NCBI GenBank assembly: GCA_946538445.1
Contig: CAMNGO010000001.1
Location: forward strand, 1 to 42,873
Source of the DNA: an uncultured Lachnospiraceae bacterium
GTDB taxonomy: Bacteria; Bacillota; Clostridia; Lachnospirales; Lachnospiraceae
Length of the DNA: 42,873 nt
Reading direction: 5' to 3'
Under the pieces are notes generated by a model that was given only the letters and a program-made list of their open reading frames with translations, had not been told where the DNA came from and did no database searches. Shown piece by piece: positions 28,345 through 36,526 of the stretch (position 1 is its first letter; every line of letters starts with the position of its first letter). Position numbers and translations under genes: made by a program.

Positions 28345-29403
28345 TCATATAACAAAGCCCAGTGGCTTTCCTGAGATGGCAAAATGATTCAGGGCGATAA
28401 ATCTTCCCTGATAACCCGGGATTGCCTGACCCAGAAGTTGGTCACCAATAATCAGATCATACTCTCCTTCCTCCGCAAGCCGGATCCATTGATCTTCTTC
28501 CAGCAAAGGAATATCCCAGGGTTCTCTTAACTCCTTATCCATCTGGAACCAGCTTGCCAGCTGGATCATGGCCTTGGTATGCTTCCTTAATTCCTCTCTC
28601 AGACTATGAGCCAGAACCTGCTGATGTACGATCAGGATCTTCCTCACATCCTTGTCCCCGGAAAGAATCGACCTCATCTGATCCATAAATCCGTCAAAGC
28701 CCTCAATCTGATGTAGAGGATAGGCAACCTCATAGGGGGTTCCGAATCTTTTGGCCAGATATCGGGCGGCCTTTAATCCGCTGGGTGCCACCACCAGATT
28801 TTTCATGACACTTCCCGCAGACTTTATCTCTTCAACGCCGGATCCCATCCCATAACAATGATAGCTCCCCGGGCCCTCAAAACTCAGTCCTTCCATAGGC
28901 ACATCAAAGGGGGTGGCACCGATCACGCCATAGTGTCCGGGCTCCATCCCGTAGGTATTCTCCGTAAAGGAACGGAATAAGGCCAACCAGGCTTTCTCAC
29001 ATCCCACATCATAATAATGAACTCCATCTGTATCCAGTGCCAGGGCCGGGATTCCGGTCTCCACCTCAAGCATGCGTTTCAGAGCTTTGTAGTCCGTACC
29101 GATCACTGCCGGCACCGGTGTTCCGATCAACGCGACGAATCTTCCCTCTATCTGTCTGCTCACATCCCTGATCTTTGCGATCAGGCGGTCATCTCTGCCC
29201 AGGATGGCATCCATATCCCGCAGCCCTGCACTGAAGATCGCACTGCGCTTTTCAAACCAGCGGGGTTCGTCAAAACCACAGATATTGCCGGCACAGCCCC
29301 CGGCATCGATGATGATGATCAGACCATCCATCTCACAGAATACAGCGGTGGAGCCGGACTGGTCCGGGGCAAAAGGTGAGAGAAACTTCCATAATCCTTT
29401 CAT
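28345..29403 (-). CDS. Nitrogenase component 1-like oxidoreductase subunit (NifK/BchB-fold, divergent)
   Basis: DAGGCAGNICGFDEPR, DAILG-D, GTPVPAVIGTD follow the component-1 motif order; in operon with a nifH-like gene. Confidence 0.8.
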   Translation of the reverse strand: MKGLWKFLSPFAPDQSGSTAVFCEMDGLIIIIDAGGCAGNICGFDEPRWFEKRSAIFSAGLRDMDAILGRDDRLIAKIRDVSRQIEGRFVALIGTPVPAVIGTDYKALKRMLEVETGIPALALDTDGVHYYDVGCEKAWLALFRSFTENTYGMEPGHYGVIGATPFDVPMEGLSFEGPGSYHCYGMGSGVEEIKSAGSVMKNLVVAPSGLKAARYLAKRFGTPYEVAYPLHQIEGFDGFMDQMRSILSGDKDVRKILIVHQQVLAHSLREELRKHTKAMIQLASWFQMDKELREPWDIPLLEEDQWIRLAEEGEYDLIIGDQLLGQAIPGYQGRFIALNHFAISGKPLGFVI

Positions 29404-29420
29404 TTCATTTCCTCCCTCCT

Positions 29421-30728
29421 CTATTCTTTCACTTTCCCGTCAAGGGCTTTCTCACACTCCATAAAGAAATGTCGTAATCCCGCATAGCCAAAGGGCTGGA
29501 TGTCCTTGCTCCATTCGACTTTGGCTGCCTGGGGATAATAATATCCCGCATCTTTTCCCACCACGATATCCACTTGTGAATCAAAAGAGTCATAGTAGAT
29601 CATGGTGGGCTCCAGGTTGGAATAAATCCTGGTATCCGAGCTGAGAGACGCAATTTTCCTCAGATAAACGAAATCCGTATCCATCGGATTCGCAAATATC
29701 TCAGCCACGGAAAATCCGTATTGCAGCAATGCCAGAGACAACTCAAAAGCATTGGCATTACACCCTTCCCCCACGGAGAAGGTCAGTGTTTTATATTTAG
29801 ATTTAAATTCTTCAATATATTTTAAGGTCTCCTCATAATAGGGGCCGTCATCTATGCTGACACCCAGAGCCCCTCCAAAAAGACTGTATTGCTTCCGTAT
29901 CTTATCGATCTGGTAGACCCTGGTCAGCTCTATGGAGGGAAGTTTCAACCGTTTCTGCAGGTCCGTTGCCGCGTATCTTGCTTCCGGGTTCAGCACGATA
30001 TTGAAGTTGGCATTTCCCATCTCCATGTATTCTTCAAAATCCTTGCAGCGGGAGATCTCATTGATCTTCCGGATGCCCAGATTTCTCAGGATGGGATAAA
30101 GCTCACAATCATCCTCCAGATGGTCAAAATTACCCAGAAGATTCACCATGTCCTGCCTTACCTTTTCTCTTTTCAAAAGGGAATAGATTGATTGCCGTAC
30201 ATGAACCATGGGAGGCTTCCTTCCTTCCCTGGTCAAAGCATACATATAGCAGGGGAGCACCGGAACAGGGACCCGGTCTTCCGCCTTCTTACAGACCCTC
30301 TCCATATCCGTTCCAAGCAAGGCATCCACACAGGTGATACAGATCATCACCACGGAGGGTTTGGACTCCAGACAGTCATATACCTCCTGCACGGCCTGGG
30401 GAATCTTCTTAAGGTGCCTGCCCGTCACAATATCCGTCTCATCCAGAGTAAGGAAGAAAAAACGGTTCCGGTACTCTTCGTATTCCGTCAGGATGGTAGT
30501 ATTCCGCCCGCAGCAGGCCGGTGAAACCAGCAGCATCACAGAGCCGGGAATCGATAATCCTGCCCTTTTTACTCCGTAACCCTGGGCACCGGGTGAATTA
30601 AAAGCCAGGGTGGCCGGTGAACTGTAGATAAGGTGGGTGTTTGACACCAGTTCTTTCGGAATCTTCTCTTTTCCCAGGACCGCCAGCTCTCCCGCTGAGA
30701 TACTATAAGCCTTTTTTTTTGTCACCAT
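29421..30728 (-). CDS. Nitrogenase component 1-like oxidoreductase subunit (NifD/E/BchN-fold, divergent)
   Basis: [37 protein letters not shown] motifs. Confidence 0.82.
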   Translation of the reverse strand: MVTKKKAYSISAGELAVLGKEKIPKELVSNTHLIYSSPATLAFNSPGAQGYGVKRAGLSIPGSVMLLVSPACCGRNTTILTEYEEYRNRFFFLTLDETDIVTGRHLKKIPQAVQEVYDCLESKPSVVMICITCVDALLGTDMERVCKKAEDRVPVPVLPCYMYALTREGRKPPMVHVRQSIYSLLKREKVRQDMVNLLGNFDHLEDDCELYPILRNLGIRKINEISRCKDFEEYMEMGNANFNIVLNPEARYAATDLQKRLKLPSIELTRVYQIDKIRKQYSLFGGALGVSIDDGPYYEETLKYIEEFKSKYKTLTFSVGEGCNANAFELSLALLQYGFSVAEIFANPMDTDFVYLRKIASLSSDTRIYSNLEPTMIYYDSFDSQVDIVVGKDAGYYYPQAAKVEWSKDIQPFGYAGLRHFFMECEKALDGKVKE

Positions 30729-31501
30729 GTTCCCGGTTCCTCCTCTTCCTCAGGTAACTGCAGGAGTTCCTCCGCCAGTTTCAGAAAGCACTTGCTTACC
30801 TGACAGTTGGGATCACCCTCTATCACTGTCTTTCCCTGGTCCTCATATCGGTTGATCTCATTACTGCGGGGGATCTCCCCCACGATGGAAAGCCCCACGG
30901 AATCCGCAAAATCCTTCACCTTCTCCGTTTCATTTTCCACATTTCGATGGTTGAGGATGATGCCATGAACCTTGGCGTAGCTCCGATCCTCGAAATTCTT
31001 CACCGCAGTGTTTATGTTCCCTGCGGCGTAGAGGGCCATCTTTTCTCCGGAAGTGACGATGAGAACCCGGCTTGCATAGCCCTCCCGGATGGGAGCGGCA
31101 AAACCTCCGCAAACCACGTCTCCCAGCACATCATAAAGAACCACATCCGGCTGATATGTTTCGAACAATTCAAGGTCCTCCAGGAGGGAAAAGGTTGCGA
31201 TGATCCCTCTTCCGGCGCAGCCGAGACCCGGTGTGGGGCCTCCGGTCTCTATACAGAGCACATCTTTAAATCCTGTCTTGGAAATCTCCTCTATGCTTTC
31301 CGGATCCCGGTCATATTCCCTGAGATAATTCATCACCGGAACAGGGGGTTCCCCTGCGCACAGATTGATGGTAGAATCGGCCTTGGGATCACAGCCGATC
31401 TGTATCACACGCTTTCCAAGGTAAGCAAAGGAAGCGGCCAGATTGCTGGTCACAGTGGATTTCCCGATTCCTCCTTTTCCGTATATCGCTATCTTAATCA
31501 T
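30722..31501 (-). CDS. Nitrogenase iron protein-like ATPase/reductase (NifH/BchL/CfbC family; probably not N2-fixing)
   Basis: [44 protein letters not shown]; both [4Fe-4S] Cys present. Confidence 0.93.
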   Translation of the reverse strand: MIKIAIYGKGGIGKSTVTSNLAASFAYLGKRVIQIGCDPKADSTINLCAGEPPVPVMNYLREYDRDPESIEEISKTGFKDVLCIETGGPTPGLGCAGRGIIATFSLLEDLELFETYQPDVVLYDVLGDVVCGGFAAPIREGYASRVLIVTSGEKMALYAAGNINTAVKNFEDRSYAKVHGIILNHRNVENETEKVKDFADSVGLSIVGEIPRSNEINRYEDQGKTVIEGDPNCQVSKCFLKLAEELLQLPEEEEEPGTW

Positions 31502-31509
31502 ATAAAAAT

Positions 31510-31735
31510 ACTCCCTTATCCAACCTGTAAGAGGGAGGATCAGGGAGTGATATCACAGCATAACAATATATGGATACACAACGATTCCTGCTCGGTAAAC
31601 CTTGCCCTCATGGTTGAACATCGTGGCCTTCCTGCCACTTTATTATCTTTGTAATCTGATACCTTCTTTCTTCTCTTTCCTTCAGAGTCCAGGGGGAGTC
31701 TTCCGGTCAGGGAGAAGGCACTTTATAAGTACACT
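31510..31735 (-). promoter_or_regulatory. Long structured 5' leader of the nifH-like/hyp operon (candidate cis-regulatory RNA)
   Basis: Several hairpins, including one that pairs over the AAGGGAG RBS. Confidence 0.45.
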
Positions 31736-31741
31736 GCTTAA

Positions 31742-31770
31742 ATGGTACCATAGTCTCCGGACAAACACAA
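31742..31770 (-). promoter_or_regulatory. Putative sigma-A promoter of the nifH-like/hyp operon
   Basis: TTGTGT-17 bp-TACCAT with TG extension. Confidence 0.45.
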
Positions 31771-31775
31771 TAGGT

Positions 31776-32384
31776 CTATATAATCTCCTCCCCAAGGAAG
31801 TCTGCTATCTCCTTCAGGAGTTTTGAAATCTTACCGTCAAAATCCGAGTCATTTCCTATTATAGAGAGATGATTGTGTTTATCCCATGCAGAAAGCAACC
31901 TGTTATCCACCTCAATGGCTTCCTCCACGGTCTCGATCCTGGCAGCGTTATTATCCAAAGTATAAAACTCTTCAGCACCCTTTGCGGCTGTCACAAGATG
32001 GAATACCGCATCATAGCGGTTTGTCATCTCCTCTTCCGAGGAATAATACTCTGCAAGCACAGCGAATTCTTCCGCCGGCAGATAAGCCTTATTATCCATC
32101 ATACCCCGGTCGTACAGGATGAGGATCTTCTCGTGGGGCATCTTCTCCGCCGCTTCCCGGAAAATCCCTTCCTTGATCAATTGCAGTCTCATCTGATACT
32201 TCTGATATTCAAAAGGAGATACACAGGTCCAGGGGGCAACCCCGCCGGAGATCAATTCCGTCGCTGTCTCGGGTACAATCAATACGCAGTAACCAAGTGA
32301 GGAGAACGTCTTCTTTATTTCATTCAGCCCTGTTGTTTTTCCCCCACAGGGACCACCGGTGATTACAATATTTGTGACCTTCAT
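31776..32384 (-). CDS. P-loop NTPase/kinase-like protein (AAA_28, NadR/Ttd14-like)
   Basis: ITGGPCGGKTT, PETAT, DRGMMD, YDAVFHLVTAA. Confidence 0.8.
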   Translation of the reverse strand: MKVTNIVITGGPCGGKTTGLNEIKKTFSSLGYCVLIVPETATELISGGVAPWTCVSPFEYQKYQMRLQLIKEGIFREAAEKMPHEKILILYDRGMMDNKAYLPAEEFAVLAEYYSSEEEMTNRYDAVFHLVTAAKGAEEFYTLDNNAARIETVEEAIEVDNRLLSAWDKHNHLSIIGNDSDFDGKISKLLKEIADFLGEEII

Positions 32385-32456
32385 ATCTGCACCTTCCTTT
32401 TTTTGATTTATCCTTCATAAGCATATTCTATCAGAACGCAGACCGTTTTCAAGAGT

Positions 32457-32505
32457 AAAAACCGCCAGGTTTCCAAGTGTCTGCACACTATAGAATCCCG
32501 GCGGT
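32457..32505 (-). terminator. Probable terminator after gldA
   Basis: ACCGCC...GGCGGT arms with an internal hairpin, followed by TTTT on the minus strand. Confidence 0.45.
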
Positions 32506-32547
32506 CGGTTTAGTCAGTCAATATTCGGTTCAAGGCCGTAACAATGC

Positions 32548-33654
32548 TCAGTCTTCATCCCCAAGGAAATAGTGACCCAGGGCATCTGCTGCCTTAATTG
32601 CTGCTGCAACAGATTCCGGAGTTACTTCGAACGGCATGTTATGTAATGTGTCATTGTCTGCACATGCAAGCTCTGCAACAGCCATGCATTTCTCGTCAGT
32701 TACCTCCGCAACGCCGAGTTCCTTCATCGTGACAGGCAGACCCACTTCGATACAGAAATCGATGATTTCTGCCAGTTCTTCTTCCGGCATATCCTCAAGT
32801 ACCAGCTGAACTAAAGTACCAAAGGCTACTTTCTCACCATGATACATATGATGGCACTCTTCCAGTACAGTCAGACCATTGTGGATCGCGTGAGCACCTG
32901 CAAGACCGGCACTCTCGAAACCGATTCCGGAAAGGAGGGTGTTAGCCTCGATGATCTTCTCCACAGCAGGAGTACATACGCCGGCATCCAGAGCGATCTT
33001 AGCCTTAACGCCTTCTGCCATCAGAGTATCGAAACATAACTGAGCGATTGCCATGGAAGCCTCTGTTGCTTTACCTCCTGCACAGGAAGTTGCATCACTC
33101 TGCTTACATGCTCTTGCTTCAAAATAAGTAGCCAGAGCATCACCGATACCGGATACGGTAAGGCGGGTCGGGGATTTCACGATAATATCTGTATCCATCA
33201 TAACAAGGTTCGGGTTAGCCGGAAGGAAAAGATACTCTTCAAATACTCCTTCATCCGTATAGATAACAGACAGCGCACTGCAAGGAGCATCTGTGGAAGC
33301 AATCGTAGGAACTACGAATACCTGGTTGCCGGTCTTGTAAGCTACAGCCTTAGCAGTATCAAAGATCTTGCCTCCGCCTACACCGATTACGAGATCGCAG
33401 CCTTTTTCCTTAACGATTTCCACCAGACGGTTGATCTCTTTCCAAGAACATTCTCCGTTAAAGAATTCAAAATCAATCTCACAGTCAACCTTATTAAAAC
33501 TATCTTCGATCAGCTGTCCAAATCTCTTATGTCCGCCTTTACTGATGAGGATGAGGGCTTTCTTGCCTGCATTTGCTGCATAAGTACCCAGATTCTTCAT
33601 CTCGCCTGCGCCCTGAATATACCTTGACGGTGCAATTAAAATTTTAGTTCCCAT
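32548..33654 (-). CDS. gldA: Glycerol dehydrogenase
   Basis: PSRYIQGAG, GGGKIFDTAK, PTIASTDAPCSALSVIY, HAIHNGLT, HGEKVAFG. Confidence 0.93.
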   Translation of the reverse strand: MGTKILIAPSRYIQGAGEMKNLGTYAANAGKKALILISKGGHKRFGQLIEDSFNKVDCEIDFEFFNGECSWKEINRLVEIVKEKGCDLVIGVGGGKIFDTAKAVAYKTGNQVFVVPTIASTDAPCSALSVIYTDEGVFEEYLFLPANPNLVMMDTDIIVKSPTRLTVSGIGDALATYFEARACKQSDATSCAGGKATEASMAIAQLCFDTLMAEGVKAKIALDAGVCTPAVEKIIEANTLLSGIGFESAGLAGAHAIHNGLTVLEECHHMYHGEKVAFGTLVQLVLEDMPEEELAEIIDFCIEVGLPVTMKELGVAEVTDEKCMAVAELACADNDTLHNMPFEVTPESVAAAIKAADALGHYFLGDED

Positions 33655-33737
33655 AGTAACCTCCCTTTTTTCGAAGCATAGTAACTGCATAGGCCCAAAT
33701 GGGCAGAATAGTTACAAAATCATATAGATACACTAAA

Positions 33738-33766
33738 ATTTTATTAAAATTAGACAAAAGAGTCAA
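33738..33766 (-). promoter_or_regulatory. Putative sigma-A promoter for gldA
   Basis: TTGACT-17 bp-TAAAAT. Confidence 0.65.
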
Positions 33767-33856
33767 GATAATTCCTCTTATCTTGGTATCATTTTTTGCC
33801 CTATTCCAGTCACACAGGCATCACTGCTGTATTTTCTTGTCCTGCCTTATCCAGGA

Positions 33857-34564
33857 TTATTCATTGTAGCCTGCCAGATCCCAGGGAGTGACGATGCCCT
33901 GCAAGCGCTCGGTTTCTTTCCCGTTCTGGGTGAGAAAAACCATACCGATCCTGGCGCCTTGATCCAGAGCTTTATGGAAGAGATTGGATACATCAGAGAT
34001 CAGAGCATTCCTGGCAGCAAATGCATACTGCTCCCTCTGATGGTTCTCTATGAGAAGGTATGTCTGGATGTCTTTCAGTTTCAAACTATCCGGGATATGG
34101 AAGTTCTTCTCCTGGACGATGTAATGGACGATCGATTTCTCGCTGAGAACTCCCTTTACCACCCCGTTTTCCAGGATAGGTACATTTCCGAAAGAGCATT
34201 CATTCATCTCTCTCAGGGTCTGGATCACCCCATCTTCAAATGTTTTGTAGACAGTCTTCTCCACCGGTACCGCGATATCCATAATCACCGGAGGCATCTC
34301 AAGCCTCTCCTTGACCGTCTTCAGAAGATGGATCATCTCGTCACTGGGTTCCACACTGTACCGGTCATTCAGTTTGGGCTTGTGAGAAAGGAGATTCCTC
34401 ACCTCCCTGCAATACTGCAGTTCGTTTACGATCTTCTTAAACTCTCTTCTGCCGGTCAGATAGTGGATGGTGGATTCCCAGTTCTCCAGTTTATATTTTT
34501 CCCGAATAATGTATTCCAGGTCTTTATATTGATCCAGAAATATCTCAGCATTTGTTCTGTCCAT
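33857..34564 (-). CDS. CBS-pair protein with N-terminal HEPN-like helical domain
   Basis: CBS motifs (FGNVPILENGVVKGVLSE; LQGIVTPWDL); N-terminal RNLLSH (R-x4-H). Confidence 0.75.
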   Translation of the reverse strand: MDRTNAEIFLDQYKDLEYIIREKYKLENWESTIHYLTGRREFKKIVNELQYCREVRNLLSHKPKLNDRYSVEPSDEMIHLLKTVKERLEMPPVIMDIAVPVEKTVYKTFEDGVIQTLREMNECSFGNVPILENGVVKGVLSEKSIVHYIVQEKNFHIPDSLKLKDIQTYLLIENHQREQYAFAARNALISDVSNLFHKALDQGARIGMVFLTQNGKETERLQGIVTPWDLAGYNE

Positions 34565-34616
34565 CTTGATGCTCCCCCCAAAGAATAATCTCACAAAAGC
34601 TTTTCTTAATATTAAC

Positions 34617-34648
34617 AAAAAAAACCCCGGAAAACAATATTCCGGGGT
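34617..34648 (-). terminator. Intrinsic terminator after rpsI
   Basis: ACCCCGGAA/TTCCGGGGT stem plus long T tract on the minus strand. Confidence 0.88.
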
Positions 34649-34664
34649 GTGTGTATTGACTCTC

Positions 34665-35060
34665 TTAACGCTTGGAGAACTGTGGAGCTCTACGAGCTTT
34701 CTTGAGACCTGGTTTCTTACGCTCTTTCATACGTGGGTCACGTGTGAGGTATCCGGCTTTCTTTAAAGCAGGACGGTAAGCTTCTTTGTCAGCTTCACAT
34801 AAAGCTCTTGCGATACCATGTCTGATGGCACCGGCCTGGCCTGTATATCCGCCGCCATGTACGAAAATCATAGCGTCAAACTTATCTACAGTATCTGTTA
34901 ATGTCAAAGGCTGACGAGCGATAACTTTCAATGTCTCATAGCCAAAATAATCTTCGATATCTTTTTTATTAACGGTAATTTTTCCTGTTCCCGGCATTAA
35001 ATAAACACGAGCAACGCTGTTTTTTCTTCTGCCAGTTCCATAATATCTTGTAGTAGCCAC
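34665..35060 (-). CDS. rpsI: 30S ribosomal protein S9
   Basis: YYGTGRRK...[14 protein letters not shown]...RRAPQFSKR; GTG start. Confidence 0.98.
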   Translation of the reverse strand: MATTRYYGTGRRKNSVARVYLMPGTGKITVNKKDIEDYFGYETLKVIARQPLTLTDTVDKFDAMIFVHGGGYTGQAGAIRHGIARALCEADKEAYRPALKKAGYLTRDPRMKERKKPGLKKARRAPQFSKR

Positions 35061-35075
35061 TTGCTTGTCCTCCTA

Positions 35076-35510
35076 TTAATACTTGATCTCTAATTCCTTC
35101 GGCTGCTGAGCTGCATGTTTGTGATCCGGACCGGCATACACATACAGTTTTCTGTACATCTGTCTGCCAAGAGGTCCCTTTGGAAGCATACCTTTCACTG
35201 CAAGCTCGATAACCTGCTCAGGTTTCTTAGCAAGTTTCTCTTTTAAAGTGGTCTCTTTCATACCACCGATATAATCACTGTGATGATAGTAGATCTTCTG
35301 ATCTAATTTCTTTCCGGTTACTTTGATCTTGTCAGCATTGACGATGATCACATAATCGCCGGTATCCATATGAGGTGTGTAGATTGGTTTATGTTTTCCT
35401 CTTAAAACTTTAGCAACTTCGGATGCCAAACGTCCTAATGTATGTCCTGTAGCATCAATTACATACCATTCTCTTGTAATGGTTGCTGGGCTAGCCATAA
35501 AACTTTTCAT
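35076..35510 (-). CDS. rplM: 50S ribosomal protein L13
   Basis: WYVIDA...LGRLAS...[14 protein letters not shown]; start 35510 after GGAG. Confidence 0.98.
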   Translation of the reverse strand: MKSFMASPATITREWYVIDATGHTLGRLASEVAKVLRGKHKPIYTPHMDTGDYVIIVNADKIKVTGKKLDQKIYYHHSDYIGGMKETTLKEKLAKKPEQVIELAVKGMLPKGPLGRQMYRKLYVYAGPDHKHAAQQPKELEIKY

Positions 35511-35609
35511 GAGTTGTTCTCCTTTACATAATCGTAACACTTCGGTGCTAATGCGGCTTCCTGGCTGTCCGGACCCTCCGCCACATTATATCTCCCGTCA
35601 GTGGAAAGA

Positions 35610-35668
35610 CGGGTGTCTATGAAAAACAATTCCCGGGGCTGTGGGATATTGTTTATTGACATACCACG
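35610..35668 (-). ncRNA. Probable L13 leader (autoregulatory RNA)
   Basis: 5' UTR of rplM containing CCCACAGCCCCGGGAA in a stem, resembling Firmicute L13 leaders from memory; boundaries approximate. Confidence 0.55.
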
Positions 35669-35675
35669 GTTATTA

Positions 35676-35704
35676 ATTATATAACACAGACTCGTGTGTG
35701 TCAA
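35676..35704 (-). promoter_or_regulatory. Consensus sigma-A promoter of rplM-rpsI
   Basis: TTGACA-17 bp-TATAAT. Confidence 0.88.
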
Positions 35705-35706
35705 CA

Positions 35707-36483
35707 TTATTTTATCTTATTCAGCTCATTGTTTTCTCTGTATCTGATTTCCCGCAGGAACAATCCTTTTGCCGGAACCGTCTCTCCGGCCTCCCTGCGG
35801 TCTTTTGACCCGATAATTTCCTTCACATGTTCCGGAGGGTAGGCACCAACTCCTACTTTAAGCAAGGTACCCACGATGATCCTCACCATATTGTAAAGGA
35901 AACCTTCTCCTTTTACGACAATGACAATCTCTTCTTCCGCGCCAGATTTTCCGGCTTGAACCTGCACATCCAGCACAGTGCGTACCGTGGAATTCACCTG
36001 GGCTTTCGCAGCACAAAAGCAATTGAAATCATGGGTTCCGATGATGTATCTGCAGGCTTCTGCCATGGTTTCCAGATTCAAAGGAACCGGCACCTGATGG
36101 GCATACAGTCTCCTGGTGGGAGGCATGATCCGCCCTTGATAGATATGATATTCGTAGGTCTTCACAGAGTCAGTGAATCGGGGATGAAAGTCTGCAGGAA
36201 CCTCCTCTGACCGCATGATTCTTATGTCGGAGGGAAGATAGGGATTGACTGCATAAGCGATCTTCTCACCGGGTATCCGGGTATCCGAATCAAACACAGC
36301 CACATTCCCGTAAGCATGGACTCCCGCATCGGTACGACTGGCTCCGATGACATGTATTTCCTCCTTCAGGACCGCACTCAGGGTCTCATTGAGGACAGAC
36401 TCAATCGTGATGCTGTTAGCCTGTTCCTGCCAGCCATGATATGCAGTTCCGTCATAAGCCACAGTCAGTCGATATCTTTTCAT
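35707..36483 (-). CDS. truA: tRNA pseudouridine(38-40) synthase
   Basis: YDGTAYHGWQ, ASRTDAGVHA, GFLYNMVRIIVG; start 36483 or 36495. Confidence 0.96.
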   Translation of the reverse strand: MKRYRLTVAYDGTAYHGWQEQANSITIESVLNETLSAVLKEEIHVIGASRTDAGVHAYGNVAVFDSDTRIPGEKIAYAVNPYLPSDIRIMRSEEVPADFHPRFTDSVKTYEYHIYQGRIMPPTRRLYAHQVPVPLNLETMAEACRYIIGTHDFNCFCAAKAQVNSTVRTVLDVQVQAGKSGAEEEIVIVVKGEGFLYNMVRIIVGTLLKVGVGAYPPEHVKEIIGSKDRREAGETVPAKGLFLREIRYRENNELNKIK

Positions 36484-36526
36484 AGGTCTCTCCATTTTCT
36501 TACAATAATACTTATACTTGACTGTT

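Noticed and set aside
28345-31501. Calling this a true nitrogen-fixation (nifHDK) cluster
   Set aside because: The P-cluster Cys sets are incomplete, no FeMo-co ligand motifs are visible, the subunits are short, and there are no nifE/N/B or PII genes in the window.
28345-31501. Calling it DPOR/COR (bchLNB) or CfbCD
   Set aside because: There are no tetrapyrrole biosynthesis genes nearby, CfbD is a single subunit type, and the context is hyp genes.
23323-31501. Operon as a recently acquired mobile island
   Set aside because: No integrase, transposase, tRNA or flanking direct repeats were seen, and composition looks like the neighbouring genes by eye (not computed).
31560-31660. SAM-I or NiCo riboswitch assignment (GGCC-CGAUG...CAACC...AAGGU; CCGAGCAGG)
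   Set aside because: The resemblance is only fragmentary: the SAM-I AUC-AGAG/GAU P1 core and the NiCo four-way junction were not found. Kept as an unassigned leader.
35507-35707. 66-aa minus-strand ORF upstream of rplM
   Set aside because: It starts inside the promoter's -35 box and spans the leader, so the region is better explained as a UTR.
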